Below, one piece after another: positions 29,228 to 39,515 of a DNA stretch of 64,000 bases. Below the pieces are notes generated by a model. That model made no database searches. It was given only the letters and a program-made list of their open reading frames with translations, and was not told the origin of the DNA. Position numbers and translations under genes: made by a program. Numbering within the stretch: position 1 is the first letter of the stretch; every line of letters begins with the position of its first letter. Origin of the DNA: Spirochaetia bacterium (GTDB lineage Bacteria > Spirochaetota > Spirochaetia > SZUA-6 > Bin103); contig CBDBOV010000001.1 of assembly GCA_965208575.1 (NCBI GenBank), positions 160,001-224,000 on the forward strand, read 5' to 3'.

Positions 29228-30538
29228 ATGACACAGAGGGTTGCACGCCCGATGAAATTCGCGGCGTTCATTTCGATAATCGTTTCCGTGGCGGTTCTGT
29301 TTGGCGCCTGCGCAGGCGCCGTAGGCCCCAAGGGCGATCCCGGCGCGGATGGTATGGATGGCGCCCCAGGCGGCACCGGACCTCAAGGCCCTCAGGGGGT
29401 TCCAGGGGAGCCGGGCTTCACGCCGCTGCAGGGCAAGGGTACCATGCCCTATGTACTCATCAACGACATCGACGCGACGGACGACAACGCCGTTAACGTG
29501 GTAGATCCCGGTGAAGCAGTCACTATCGACGTGATGAAGTACTTCCGTGGCGGCACGGAACCGTATATGTATGGTGTTCCAACACGTGTCGGCACCGCGC
29601 CGAGCAATAGTCCCCTTACCGCTGAACGCGTCGGTGACGGGCCCATGTACAAGGTTTCTGTGCCTTCGGCCCAAGCTGACGTCGAAGGTGAAGAGAATAC
29701 GTGGACGATCAAGGTCACTGATGCTGACGACTCGACGGTAGATATCACTCTCAAAGCCAGGCGTAACGATGTACCCGCAGCCAATGCTACTGACGAGGTG
29801 GCTGTGGTCGGAACCCAGGCTCCGGAAACCGCTCCGAAGATGGCTCCAGCCTGTCCTCAGGCCAACGAGTGCATCGCCGCGGTGACATTCGTCGATGACG
29901 ACCCGATGGAGATGCTCTCCTTCACGGCGGTTTCCGCGGACCCAAACAAGGTAGAAGTCGTGCGCGTGGACACGGCGCCAGCGGACGCGAACGGACGAGC
30001 CCTCGTCGCTAACGTCGTGGTGCGGGGTATTGCATCTACCGTGGTGGCTGACACGCGGACGGACACTACCGCGGGAGATCCCACTCCTGGTCACATGCCC
30101 GTTACGGTAACCATTACCGCGACGGACGGTGGCGGTGGGATGGTCAAGGACACGGTGGCAGTCACGGTGGACGGAGCGCCGACTCTCAAGAAGGCGATTC
30201 CGGGAGGCATGCTTACTCAAGCGTCGTCGACGTACGTCATACAAGACTTGTCCGGCTTTTTCATGAATCCGGAATCCGTGCTCCCAACAGGCAGCACGGA
30301 GGGCCTTACGATCATGGCAATGTCGTCTGACACGACCGTAGTCAAGGTGGCTTTCGGGGCAACTCCGACGACCTTCACCGCTTCCGCTACCGCTACCAAC
30401 GCTGATGATCCGTTGACGGTTAGCAGGGTTGCTCCTGGTACGGCGACGATCACGATAACGGCTACCGAAGCTGAGGGCGACGCCTTCCTGCCGCAACAAA
30501 GCGTCAAGGGTACCTTCTCCGTGACGGTATCCAACTAG
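29228..30538 (+). CDS. Variable lipoprotein 2
   Basis: Same leader; LFGAC lipobox; Gly-X-Y run; CPQANEC. Confidence 0.9.
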   Translation: MTQRVARPMKFAAFISIIVSVAVLFGACAGAVGPKGDPGADGMDGAPGGTGPQGPQGVPGEPGFTPLQGKGTMPYVLINDIDATDDNAVNVVDPGEAVTIDVMKYFRGGTEPYMYGVPTRVGTAPSNSPLTAERVGDGPMYKVSVPSAQADVEGEENTWTIKVTDADDSTVDITLKARRNDVPAANATDEVAVVGTQAPETAPKMAPACPQANECIAAVTFVDDDPMEMLSFTAVSADPNKVEVVRVDTAPADANGRALVANVVVRGIASTVVADTRTDTTAGDPTPGHMPVTVTITATDGGGGMVKDTVAVTVDGAPTLKKAIPGGMLTQASSTYVIQDLSGFFMNPESVLPTGSTEGLTIMAMSSDTTVVKVAFGATPTTFTASATATNADDPLTVSRVAPGTATITITATEAEGDAFLPQQSVKGTFSVTVSN

Positions 30539-30623
30539 GTTCAAGCGTCAACGGCCAGCCGCTACTTCCGGCTGGTAATGGCGCCCCGGAGTAGAGGACT
30601 CGCTTCTCCTCCGGGAGACCGAG

Positions 30624-30676
30624 AGGTCCCGCTGGATTGCCCGAGAGGGCAGCCCGGCGGGGCCTTCTTTCATTTT
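30624..30676 (+). terminator. Intrinsic terminator after lipoprotein 2
   Basis: AGGTCCCGCTGG...CCGGCGGGGCCT then TCTTTCATTTT; homologous to 22588-22633. Confidence 0.65.
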
Positions 30677-31042
30677 GGGTCCGTACTACAACCTCATTTT
30701 GGCCGTAGCGTTCGGTCAGGCTCCGCTGACACCGATCTGAACGCTGGGCCGAACGCCGCAAGTCCGATTCGGCGAGGCCCGTGCCGCCAAGCGTGCGCAG
30801 CCGAGCTGCCGGTATCGAAATCAGGGACCCTTCCCGGCAATCCGTCGGCGGTGGTCGCACCTGCAAACGAGTGATGTGACACAGGATAGTGGACGTTCTG
30901 TGGAGAACAGGCTATGGTCCGTGTGCAAGCGGTCCGCCTGGGCGCGGGCATCTTCCACGGGTCAGTCTTGAGGGATCATCTATATTACATCACGAACGGC
31001 GTGGCGGCTCGGGCTCGGGACATTGTTGGCCGCGGCGCGCGC

Positions 31043-34000
31043 ATGGCGGGCTTGGTGACGTTTGTGGTCATCGGTGTGCTGGGGGCGCTGTCGGTAGGCG
31101 AGGTTGCGGCGCAGGACACTGACGCGCCGGCGGTGAGCGGGGTGAGCATGTCCAGCGCGCCCGCGAGCGGCGACACCTATCAGCGCGGCGATCCGATCGA
31201 GATCAGGGTCGACTTCGACCGGCTGGTCTCGATCACCGGAACTCCGCAGGTCAACCTCACGGTGGGCGGCAACACGCGTGCCGTCGGGCTCACCAGCCCC
31301 GCGGTCCACTTTCGGTCAAGCACCAGTTTCCTGTTCTTCAAGTACACCGTGGCGGCGGCGGACAGCGACGCCGACGGCATCAGCGTCGCCGCCAATGCGA
31401 TCCGCCTGAACGGCGGCAGCATCAAGGCGGCCGCCGACGGCACCACCGACGCGAACCTGGCCCACGCGGCGCTGTCTCCGGGGTCGGACCACAAGGTGGA
31501 CGGCAGCAAGAACGAGGTGCCGGTGGTGAGCAGCGTCGCCTTCGTCGGCTCGCCGGCGGGCGGAGAAACCTACGAGCTCGGCGAGACGATCGAGCTGAGA
31601 GTCAAGTTCCACCGGTTCATCAAGAATTCGGGCGGCCTGCAGATGGCGCTCACGATCGGTGGGCAGACCGCGCTGGCAAGCCACTCCCACGGTCGCGGGC
31701 GCCTCGGCGGGATTACCGAGATCTACTTCGACTACGACATACAGGCGAACGACTTCGACGCCGACGGGATCAGCATCGCGGCCGACGCGATCCGGCTCAA
31801 CGGGGGCTACATCAGGGCCGCTTCCGACAGCAGCCTGAACGCCAATCTCACCCACGCCGCGGTGTCCGACGACGCCACCCGCAAGGTGGACGGCACCGTG
31901 GTAGCCGGCCCCAAGATCACCAGTGTCCGATTCATCGGCACCCCGAGGCGCGGCAACGCCTACCAGAGCGGCGAGACGATAAGCGCGCAGGTGTGGTTCG
32001 ACCGGCTGGTCACCGTCACCGGCAGCCCCACCGTGGAACTGACCGTCGGAACCCAGGCCAGGCAGGCGGCCCTGACTTCCACCAAGGTGGGCGTGCGCGG
32101 ACTCGGCTTCGATTACACGGTGCAGGCACAGGACGCGGATGGCGACGGGATCAGCATCGCGGCCAACGCGATCCGCCTGAACGGCGCCACCATCAAGGCC
32201 ACCGACGGCACCACCGACGCCGTGCTCACCCACGCCGCGGTGCCTGCCGACTCCAGCCGCAGGGTCGGCGACGGTGCCGCGCCGCCGCCCGCCACCAGCG
32301 CCCCGGCGGTGAGCAGCGTCCACTTCGGTTCCACGCCCGCGGGCGGCGGCACCTATCAGCGGGGCGAGACCGTGGACGTGCGGGTGCAGTTCACGCAGCG
32401 CGTGTCGGCCACCGGCAGCCCGCGGATCGCGTTGAGCGTCGGCAGCGCCACCCGGTCCGCGCGCTACTACGGCAACCACTACGGGCGCACGCTGTCGTTC
32501 CGCTACACGGTGCAGGCCGCCGACCGCGACGGCGACGGCATCAGCATCGCGGCCAACGCCCTCACCCTGAACGGCGGCAGCATCACGTCGAACGACGGCA
32601 CGGCCAATGCGGTGTTGACCCACGCCGCGGTGGCGGCCGCCGGCGGGCACAAGGTCAACGGCAGCGAAGTCACCGCGCCGGGGGTGACCGGCGTGTCGAT
32701 CTCTTCGCGCCCGCGCGGCGGCACCACCTACGTGCTCGGCGAGGCGATCGTGGTGCAGGTCGGGTTCAGCGAGGCGGTCACGGTAACCGGTTCGCCGCGC
32801 CTGGCACTGAGCGTCGGCAGCGCCACCCGGAGCGCCGGTTTCGTGCGCTCGAGCGGCAGCACCCTGTGGTTCCGCTACCGGGTGCAGGACACCGACCGCG
32901 ACGACGACGGCATAGGCATCGCGGACGGCGCGTTGAGCCTGAACGGCGGCACCATCCGGGACCGCGAGCGCAACGCCGCGCGCCTCGGGCTCGGCAGCCA
33001 CGCGGTCGTGAACGCTTCGGGCCACCTGGTCGACGCGAGCCTGCGCGATACCACCCCGCCGTCGGTCAGCAGCGTCGCCGTCACCTCCACGCCGCAGAAG
33101 GGCGGCACCTACGTGTTCGGAGAAACGGTCACCGTCGAGCTGCGGTTCAGCGAGCCGGTGACGGTGTCCGGTTCGCCGCGGCTCGCGCTGGCGGTGGGCG
33201 GCTCCGGGCGTACCGCGACGTACGCGTCCTCCCGGCTGCAGGTGGTGCGCTTTCACTACGTGGTCGGCGACGGCGACCGGGGCGCCCTGAGCGTCGCGGC
33301 CGGCGCGCTGAATCTGAACGGCGGCACCATTCGGGACGCGGCCGACAACGCCGCCGTGCTCGGTCTGGGAAGCGCGGCCGGCGCGCTGGGCGCAACCGTG
33401 AACGGCGTGCGCAAGGATGAAGATGCGCCGGTGGTACACAGCGTGCAGTTCGAGTCCACCCCGCCCGGCGGCGACACCTACGAGCGCGGCGACATCGTGC
33501 AGGTCGCGGCAGGGTTCTCGGAGGCGGTGACCGTCACCGGGCAGCCGCGCCTGGCGCTGGCGGTGGGCAGCACGGTGCGCTGGGCCGGGTTCCACTCCGC
33601 CGCGGGCAGCCAGGTGCACTTCCGCTACACGGTGCAGGAGGAAGACAACGACCCCGACGGCGTGGAAGTGGCGGCGGCCGGCCTGCTCCTGAACGGCGGC
33701 ACCATCACGGACGCCGCCGGCAACTCCGCCGACCTGAGCCTGGGAGCCGCCTCGATCGGTTCGGGCCACGCGGTGTACGGCGGCGCGGCGCAGGCAACGG
33801 TGCCGACGCGCGCCGCGGTCACCTCCGCACCGAGCAGCGGCGACACCTACACCCGCGGCGAGAGCGTCGACGTGGAGGTGGAGTTCAACAAGGAGGTGAC
33901 GGTGACCGGGCGCCCGGTGCTGGAGCTGACCATCGGCTCCGATCCGACCTCCACCACGGCGGCGAGCGGGCGCGCTGCGGCGGCGGCGCGGGAGCGCGTG

Positions 34001-37000
34001 TCGAGCGCGGTGAAGCGCACGGCGACGCTGGTGTCGAGCGCTGGCGAACGGCTGGTGTTCCGCTACGTGGTGCGGCAGTCGGACGGTGCGGCGGGCGCCA
34101 GGATCATCATCGCGCCGGACGCGCTCGGGCGTAGCGCCGGCAGCATTACCGACGCCATCGGCGAGCGTCTCGACCGCGCCAACCTGTCGCTGGACACGGC
34201 GGAAGTGGTGCACGGCGACCTCGTGGACGGCTCGCAGAGCGCACCGGCGGCGCCGCGCCTGGTCACGGTGGCATCCGCCCCGCAGGCCGACCGCACCTAC
34301 CGGCGCGGCGAGCACCTGCTGGTGGACGTGCAGTTCGACCGCGGCATCACGGTGTCGGGCGCTCCGCACGGCCCACAACTTGAGCTGGGCATCGACAACG
34401 CCGCCGGTGCCGCCCGCCGCGCGCGCTTCGTGTCGGCGGACCACGACACCATCCGCTTCCGCTACGACATCCAGGCCGGCGACCGCGACGACGACGGCAT
34501 CGAGATCGCCTCCGGCGCGCTGCACCTGAACGGCGGGTCGATCCGGGCCGCCGGCGGCGGGACGGCGGAAACCAGCCTGCAGCAGGCGCAGATCGTCGTG
34601 CCGGCCGACCGGGTGGACGGCAGCACGACCGAGACCACGCAGCCGGTGGTGACTTCGGTGGCGGTCGTGTCCGCGCCGGCCGGCGGCAGCTACCGGAGCG
34701 GGGAGCGGGTGTCGGTGCAGGTGACCTTCAGCGAGCCGGTGGCGGTGACCGGCCGCCCGCAGTTGGCGCTGCGCATCGGTGCCGCGGCCCGGATGGCGGG
34801 CATGGCGGGCGGCACGCGGCAGGCGACGGAAGTGATCACGTTCACCTACACGGTGCGCGCAGGGGACGCGGGCAGCGAGGGCATCACCATTCCGGCGAAC
34901 GCCGTGCGCCTGAACGGCGGCACGATTCGCGACGCGGCCGGCAACGACGCCGACCTGAGCAGCAGCGCCGTGCTGCCGGCGACCGCACGGGCAGCCGAGG
35001 GCGCGCAGATCGGCTGCAAGCCACCGCCGCTGTCCGCCGGCTCCGGGCTGGCGGCGGCCCGCGCCGGCGCCCGGGTGCGCACCGCGGCGGCGGGCGGCGG
35101 GCCGGCGGCCGAGAGCCCCGGCTCCGACCTGACCCTGGAGCTGGACGAGCACCGCGACGGCAGCGCGCAGCCGGTGGAGCTCGGCTGCGTGGCGGTGTCC
35201 GCCGGCTCCGACTCCGGCCGGCGCTTCACGTACGCGATCGCCGAGGGCGACCGCTCGCGGTTCGCGGTGGGCGCCGCCGACGGGAAGCTGCGCTACGTCG
35301 GCACCGGCGAGGACGCCGCCGTCACCGCGCAGTACGCGCTCACCGTGACCGCGACGCCCGCCGACCGCGGCGCGGCGACCGAGCTGTCGGTACGAATCGT
35401 GATCGTCCGCATCGACGACCGCGGCGTGGTTACCCTGTCCACCCGGCAGCCGCTGATCGGGCAGCCCCTGACCGCCGCGCTGGCCGACCATGACCGCGTG
35501 CAGCCGGGCAGCGCAGCGTGGCAGTGGTGGCGGCGCAGCGGAGAGAGCGGCCGCTGGCGCGCCATCGAGGGGGCCACCGCGAGCAGCTACACGCCGGCGC
35601 CGCACGACGGCGGCCACCGCCTGCAGGCGCGCGTGGCGTACCGTGATGCCTACGGGGCGCAGACCGCGGCGAGCGCGCAGACCGATGCGGTGGACCTGCA
35701 GCCGGCACGCCGCGAGCGCATGCTGCAGGCCAGTCTGGCCGGCCTCGGACGCACCATCGCTTCGACCGCGGTGGACGTGATCGGCGAGCGCTTCTCGGCG
35801 GCGATGCGCGGCGGCGAGCCGGATGCCGCCAGCGTGGAGGTGACCGTGAACGGCCGGTCGCTGGCACTGCCGGCTGCCGGCAGCACGGCACAGGCCGGCG
35901 CGGCGCTGGTGGACGCAGCCGAGGCGCTCGGCGTGCGCGTGCAGGCGGACGGATCGCTGGCCGTGGATGCACAGCCGCTGCCGCACCTCCTCGCGGGCAG
36001 CGCCTTCAGTGCCGGCGATGGCCCGCGCGGCGCCGGCTGGGGCGCCTGGGGCTCAGGCGACATGAGCGGCTTCAACGCCGACGTCGACGGCTTCGAGCAG
36101 GAGGCCACCGTGGTGGCGGGCTACGTGGGCGTCGACTACCGCTTCGCGCCGAACGCCCTGGCCGGACTGGCCGCCGCCTACAGCGACCTGGAACTCACCT
36201 CGGCCAGCAACGACGACGGCGAGGCCACGCTGGAAGGGTGGCTGGCGCACGTCTATCCGTACGGCCTGTGGATGCCGGAGCGGTGGCTGGGGATCTGGAG
36301 CGTGGCCGGGTTCGGCGTCGGCACCGTGGACCTGGCCGACGCCGGCGGGGCGATGCGGGGCGGCGTGCTCACCTGGCTCGGCGCCGCCGGCAAGCGCGCC
36401 GAGTTGTGGTCCGCGGGCGCGCTGTCGGTGGCCGCCAGGTCGGACGGCCTGGTGACCGGCCTCACCACCGGCGGGGAGTTGCCGGAGGTGAGCGCCCACG
36501 CCTGGCGCGCGCGGGTGCTGGTGGAAGCCGCCGTGGCGTGGCAGATGGACGATTACCGGATCGACGGACTGGTCGAGGTGGGCGGACGCCTGGACGGCGG
36601 CGACGCCGACCGCGGCCTCGGCGCCGAGGCCGGCGCGGAGCTGAGCTTCACCGACAGCGCCAGCGGGCTCGGCCTCTCCGGTCGCGGGCGGCTGCTGCTG
36701 GTGCACGAGGCAGCCGGCCTGCGCGACTGGGGCGCGGGCATGACGCTGACCTGGCAGCCGACCGGCCGCGGTACGGGTCTGGCCGTGTCCGTGGCACCCA
36801 CCTGGGGCACGCCCGCCGGCGCGGCGAACGCCTTGTGGCGCGACGGCGCGTTGGTGATGGCGCCCGCCGCGGCAGACGGCGCCGCACCCGCGCCCGGCGC
36901 CGCTCCGTGGCTGCCGTGGCTGCCGGCAGCGGTAGACCTGGAGGTTGCCTACGGCGTGCGCGTGGCAGACGGCCGGGGCCGGATGGGGCCGTTCGCCGAG

Positions 37001-37171
37001 CTGGCCCTGCAGGATGCCGTCCCCCGCCGCATCCGCACCGGCGTGACGCTGGATCTCTCCGGCCCGGCGACGGCGCATCACCTGGCAATCGAAGCGTATG
37101 GCGAGCACGCGTTCGGCCGCGGTGACCCGGCGCCCCTGCAGTTCGGCGTCGGCGGCTCCCTGGAGTACTGA
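31043..37171 (+). CDS. Giant repetitive adhesin, autotransporter-like (about 2040 aa)
   Basis: Signal peptide; 10 repeats of about 120 aa (P..G.TY..GE.....V.F...V.VTG.P.L...F.Y.V...D.D.DGI.....LNGG.I); cadherin/Ig-like domains; C-terminal beta-barrel ending in Tyr; start could be 30914. Confidence 0.9.
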   Translation: MAGLVTFVVIGVLGALSVGEVAAQDTDAPAVSGVSMSSAPASGDTYQRGDPIEIRVDFDRLVSITGTPQVNLTVGGNTRAVGLTSPAVHFRSSTSFLFFKYTVAAADSDADGISVAANAIRLNGGSIKAAADGTTDANLAHAALSPGSDHKVDGSKNEVPVVSSVAFVGSPAGGETYELGETIELRVKFHRFIKNSGGLQMALTIGGQTALASHSHGRGRLGGITEIYFDYDIQANDFDADGISIAADAIRLNGGYIRAASDSSLNANLTHAAVSDDATRKVDGTVVAGPKITSVRFIGTPRRGNAYQSGETISAQVWFDRLVTVTGSPTVELTVGTQARQAALTSTKVGVRGLGFDYTVQAQDADGDGISIAANAIRLNGATIKATDGTTDAVLTHAAVPADSSRRVGDGAAPPPATSAPAVSSVHFGSTPAGGGTYQRGETVDVRVQFTQRVSATGSPRIALSVGSATRSARYYGNHYGRTLSFRYTVQAADRDGDGISIAANALTLNGGSITSNDGTANAVLTHAAVAAAGGHKVNGSEVTAPGVTGVSISSRPRGGTTYVLGEAIVVQVGFSEAVTVTGSPRLALSVGSATRSAGFVRSSGSTLWFRYRVQDTDRDDDGIGIADGALSLNGGTIRDRERNAARLGLGSHAVVNASGHLVDASLRDTTPPSVSSVAVTSTPQKGGTYVFGETVTVELRFSEPVTVSGSPRLALAVGGSGRTATYASSRLQVVRFHYVVGDGDRGALSVAAGALNLNGGTIRDAADNAAVLGLGSAAGALGATVNGVRKDEDAPVVHSVQFESTPPGGDTYERGDIVQVAAGFSEAVTVTGQPRLALAVGSTVRWAGFHSAAGSQVHFRYTVQEEDNDPDGVEVAAAGLLLNGGTITDAAGNSADLSLGAASIGSGHAVYGGAAQATVPTRAAVTSAPSSGDTYTRGESVDVEVEFNKEVTVTGRPVLELTIGSDPTSTTAASGRAAAAARERVSSAVKRTATLVSSAGERLVFRYVVRQSDGAAGARIIIAPDALGRSAGSITDAIGERLDRANLSLDTAEVVHGDLVDGSQSAPAAPRLVTVASAPQADRTYRRGEHLLVDVQFDRGITVSGAPHGPQLELGIDNAAGAARRARFVSADHDTIRFRYDIQAGDRDDDGIEIASGALHLNGGSIRAAGGGTAETSLQQAQIVVPADRVDGSTTETTQPVVTSVAVVSAPAGGSYRSGERVSVQVTFSEPVAVTGRPQLALRIGAAARMAGMAGGTRQATEVITFTYTVRAGDAGSEGITIPANAVRLNGGTIRDAAGNDADLSSSAVLPATARAAEGAQIGCKPPPLSAGSGLAAARAGARVRTAAAGGGPAAESPGSDLTLELDEHRDGSAQPVELGCVAVSAGSDSGRRFTYAIAEGDRSRFAVGAADGKLRYVGTGEDAAVTAQYALTVTATPADRGAATELSVRIVIVRIDDRGVVTLSTRQPLIGQPLTAALADHDRVQPGSAAWQWWRRSGESGRWRAIEGATASSYTPAPHDGGHRLQARVAYRDAYGAQTAASAQTDAVDLQPARRERMLQASLAGLGRTIASTAVDVIGERFSAAMRGGEPDAASVEVTVNGRSLALPAAGSTAQAGAALVDAAEALGVRVQADGSLAVDAQPLPHLLAGSAFSAGDGPRGAGWGAWGSGDMSGFNADVDGFEQEATVVAGYVGVDYRFAPNALAGLAAAYSDLELTSASNDDGEATLEGWLAHVYPYGLWMPERWLGIWSVAGFGVGTVDLADAGGAMRGGVLTWLGAAGKRAELWSAGALSVAARSDGLVTGLTTGGELPEVSAHAWRARVLVEAAVAWQMDDYRIDGLVEVGGRLDGGDADRGLGAEAGAELSFTDSASGLGLSGRGRLLLVHEAAGLRDWGAGMTLTWQPTGRGTGLAVSVAPTWGTPAGAANALWRDGALVMAPAAADGAAPAPGAAPWLPWLPAAVDLEVAYGVRVADGRGRMGPFAELALQDAVPRRIRTGVTLDLSGPATAHHLAIEAYGEHAFGRGDPAPLQFGVGGSLEY

Positions 37172-37173
37172 CG

Positions 37174-38190
37174 ATGAGCCGGTACGGTCACTCCGCGACA
37201 TGGAAGACGATGAAAACCGATGACCAAGCATCGCCCACCGGCCGGCCGTTTCGGACGAGCACTGCGGCGAGACACCCGTTACACGCCACGTCGGCGGCAC
37301 GCCGGAACCGGCGAGCCGGCAGGCCGAGGCGCGGGCTCGCCAGACACTGGCGCGCCAACGTGGCCGGTTGGGCATGCGCGCTCGCCCTCGCGGCCCTGGC
37401 CGCCTGCGAGGAGGCGGCGCCTGGCGACGGCGCCCCCGGCGACAGCGGGCGCCCCGCGCAACGGGAGGCGGGAGACAGGTTCCGTGACTGTTCGGGGTGC
37501 CCGGAGGTGGTGGTGGTGCCGGCTGGCAGCTTCCGGATCGGCTCCCCGGCGGGCGAGGCGGGCCGCGACGGCGACGAGAGCCAGCGGCGCGTGACCATCC
37601 GGGACGCGTTCGCCGTCGGCGTGCGCGAGGTGACCTTCGCCGAGTGGGACGCGTGCGTGTCCGCGGGCGGCTGCGGCGGCTACCGTCCCCGCGACGGCGG
37701 CTGGGGCCGCGGCCGCCAGCCGGTGATCAACGTGAGCTGGGACGACGCCCAGTCCTACGTGGCGTGGCTGTCGCGCAAAACCGGGGCCGAGTACCGCCTG
37801 CTCACCGAGGCCGAGTGGGAGTACGCCGCCCGCGCCCGCACCACCACGCCGTTCCACACCGGCGCCACCATCGCCACCGCGCAGGCGAACTACGACGGCC
37901 GCGCCGAACCCTACGGCCCCGGCGTGCCGGGCCAGTACCGCGCCCGCCCCATCGCCGCCGGCTCGCTGGCCCGCAACCGCTTCGGCCTCTACGACGTGCA
38001 CGGCAACGTGGCCGAGATGGTGGCCGACTGCTACGACCCCGGCGGCAGCGGCAGCGCCTGCACCCGCCGCGTCGTCCGCGGCGGTTCCTGGGCATCCGCC
38101 CCCCGCCTGCTCCGTTCCGCCTACCGAAGCTGGTGCGCCCCCACCCTCCGCTCCCCCCAAACCGGCTTCCGCATCGCCCGCAACCTGTAG
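37174..38190 (+). CDS. Formylglycine-generating-enzyme-like (SUMF1) domain lipoprotein
   Basis: LAAC lipobox; FRDCSGCPEVVVVPAGSF, VSWDDA, RLLTEAEWEYAAR, GLYDVHGNVAE, GFRIAR; start uncertain. Confidence 0.9.
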   Translation: MSRYGHSATWKTMKTDDQASPTGRPFRTSTAARHPLHATSAARRNRRAGRPRRGLARHWRANVAGWACALALAALAACEEAAPGDGAPGDSGRPAQREAGDRFRDCSGCPEVVVVPAGSFRIGSPAGEAGRDGDESQRRVTIRDAFAVGVREVTFAEWDACVSAGGCGGYRPRDGGWGRGRQPVINVSWDDAQSYVAWLSRKTGAEYRLLTEAEWEYAARARTTTPFHTGATIATAQANYDGRAEPYGPGVPGQYRARPIAAGSLARNRFGLYDVHGNVAEMVADCYDPGGSGSACTRRVVRGGSWASAPRLLRSAYRSWCAPTLRSPQTGFRIARNL

Positions 38191-38435
38191 CCGGAGGTAG
38201 CCGGAGTCAGTTGGCACCGACTTCTGCAAGCGGCCAGTGGCGTAGTCGTCTCAGTTGACAAGCATCAACCGTGGGGTTAGGTTCTCAGGATGGAGCTTGG
38301 CTTGATCCTGGCCGGGGTGGCGGCGCTCGCTTCGATTGTTGCTGCCTGGACAGGAGTGAAAATCTTACCGCCTTCAGAAGGCAGAGGCTGAGCGGATCAA
38401 GCGGCTCACGGAGATTCGGGCGGAAATAGGAAAGC

Positions 38436-38738
38436 GTGATGGCAGGCAGCGACACTAACCTCGTTCTTGTATTGGCAGACTCTGACGGGATGGAGATTGC
38501 CCGCCGGCTACTCCGGCTCGCCAGCACCACCAAGGTACATGGCCCCGAGCTCTCGGAGAAGGTCGACGAAGTAGTCGAGTCGGTCCTCAAGGCGACGGTT
38601 GCTCAACAGGTGGATGTGCTTTCCACGCAGGAACTCCTTTCTGTCTATAGGGACCGCGCCGCCAAGGTGGCGCGCGAGGCCCTATCCCTCGCCGTTGGAT
38701 CGGTAGAGCAGGTAGGGGTGCCAGCCAGGTCCCGGTGA
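38436..38738 (+). CDS. Hypothetical protein
   Basis: 100-aa helical ORF with a plausible RBS. Confidence 0.45.
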   Translation: MMAGSDTNLVLVLADSDGMEIARRLLRLASTTKVHGPELSEKVDEVVESVLKATVAQQVDVLSTQELLSVYRDRAAKVAREALSLAVGSVEQVGVPARSR

Positions 38739-38854
38739 CCGTTCAACCCGGCGTCAAGTGCCTGCTAGTCCCTGCCGTCCGGCATGGACGGACACGGATG
38801 CATCGGCCTTGAGGTAGGCCACCGCCCCATAGATGCGCCCGGCGAATTCCGGCA

Positions 38855-39004
38855 TCAGTTCCGCAAACGTCGGCGACCGGGCCGCCCCTCACCGAGCCGC
38901 TGCACCACTCGGATCGTTTCTCTCCGGCTCTCCGCTACCTCGCGCACGATGTTCCAGATCTCCTCCGGCGTCGCCGGGTCCCGGTGTCCGTCCTGGTCAG
39001 CCAT
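38855..39004 (-). pseudogene. N-terminal relic of a DUF3782-like coiled-coil protein
   Basis: PATPEEIWNIVREVAESRRET. Confidence 0.45.
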
Positions 39005-39515
39005 GCCGCAACTCGATCCTCCGACTGTACGCACCGCGCGCTCCCGGCGGCAATCTTCATTGACGGACGGAGACGCGCCGCTCCACGAGGTCGCCATCCA
39101 TGCGCCCGATTGGGTGCTGGTCGACGGGTGGGCTTGATAAAGGCAGCGGGAGCGGGTTATACCTTCGATACATTGCGAGCGCCGGGCACCGCGAAGTGTG
39201 TAAAATGAGGATATCGAGCGGCGCCTGGTGCAGGTGCAGGGGGTTCCGTGGGTGAGTTTGATTACGAAGGCCGAGTTGGCGAAGCTGACCAGGCATGTTT
39301 CGACTGGAGGCCGCACGGTCACTCCATGACAGGGAAGACGATGAAAACCGATGCGCGGGAGTCGCCGGCTGGCCGCAGCCGGCACGCCTCACCGCTCACC
39401 GCCGGAGCAGGCGCGCGCACCGGCTCGGGCCGCTGGTCCCCGGCGGCACTGACGTGGATGGCGAGAGCCGCGTGAGACCCTCGGTGCCGGGCCAGGTTCG
39501 CCGGAGTGTGCCGCC

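Noticed and set aside
31316-35986. 1556-aa minus-strand ORF (likewise 55938-59300, 19701-21098, 51256-52806, 61289-63148)
   Set aside because: Antisense shadows of real GC-rich genes, with R/A/G/H-biased sequence and no motifs.
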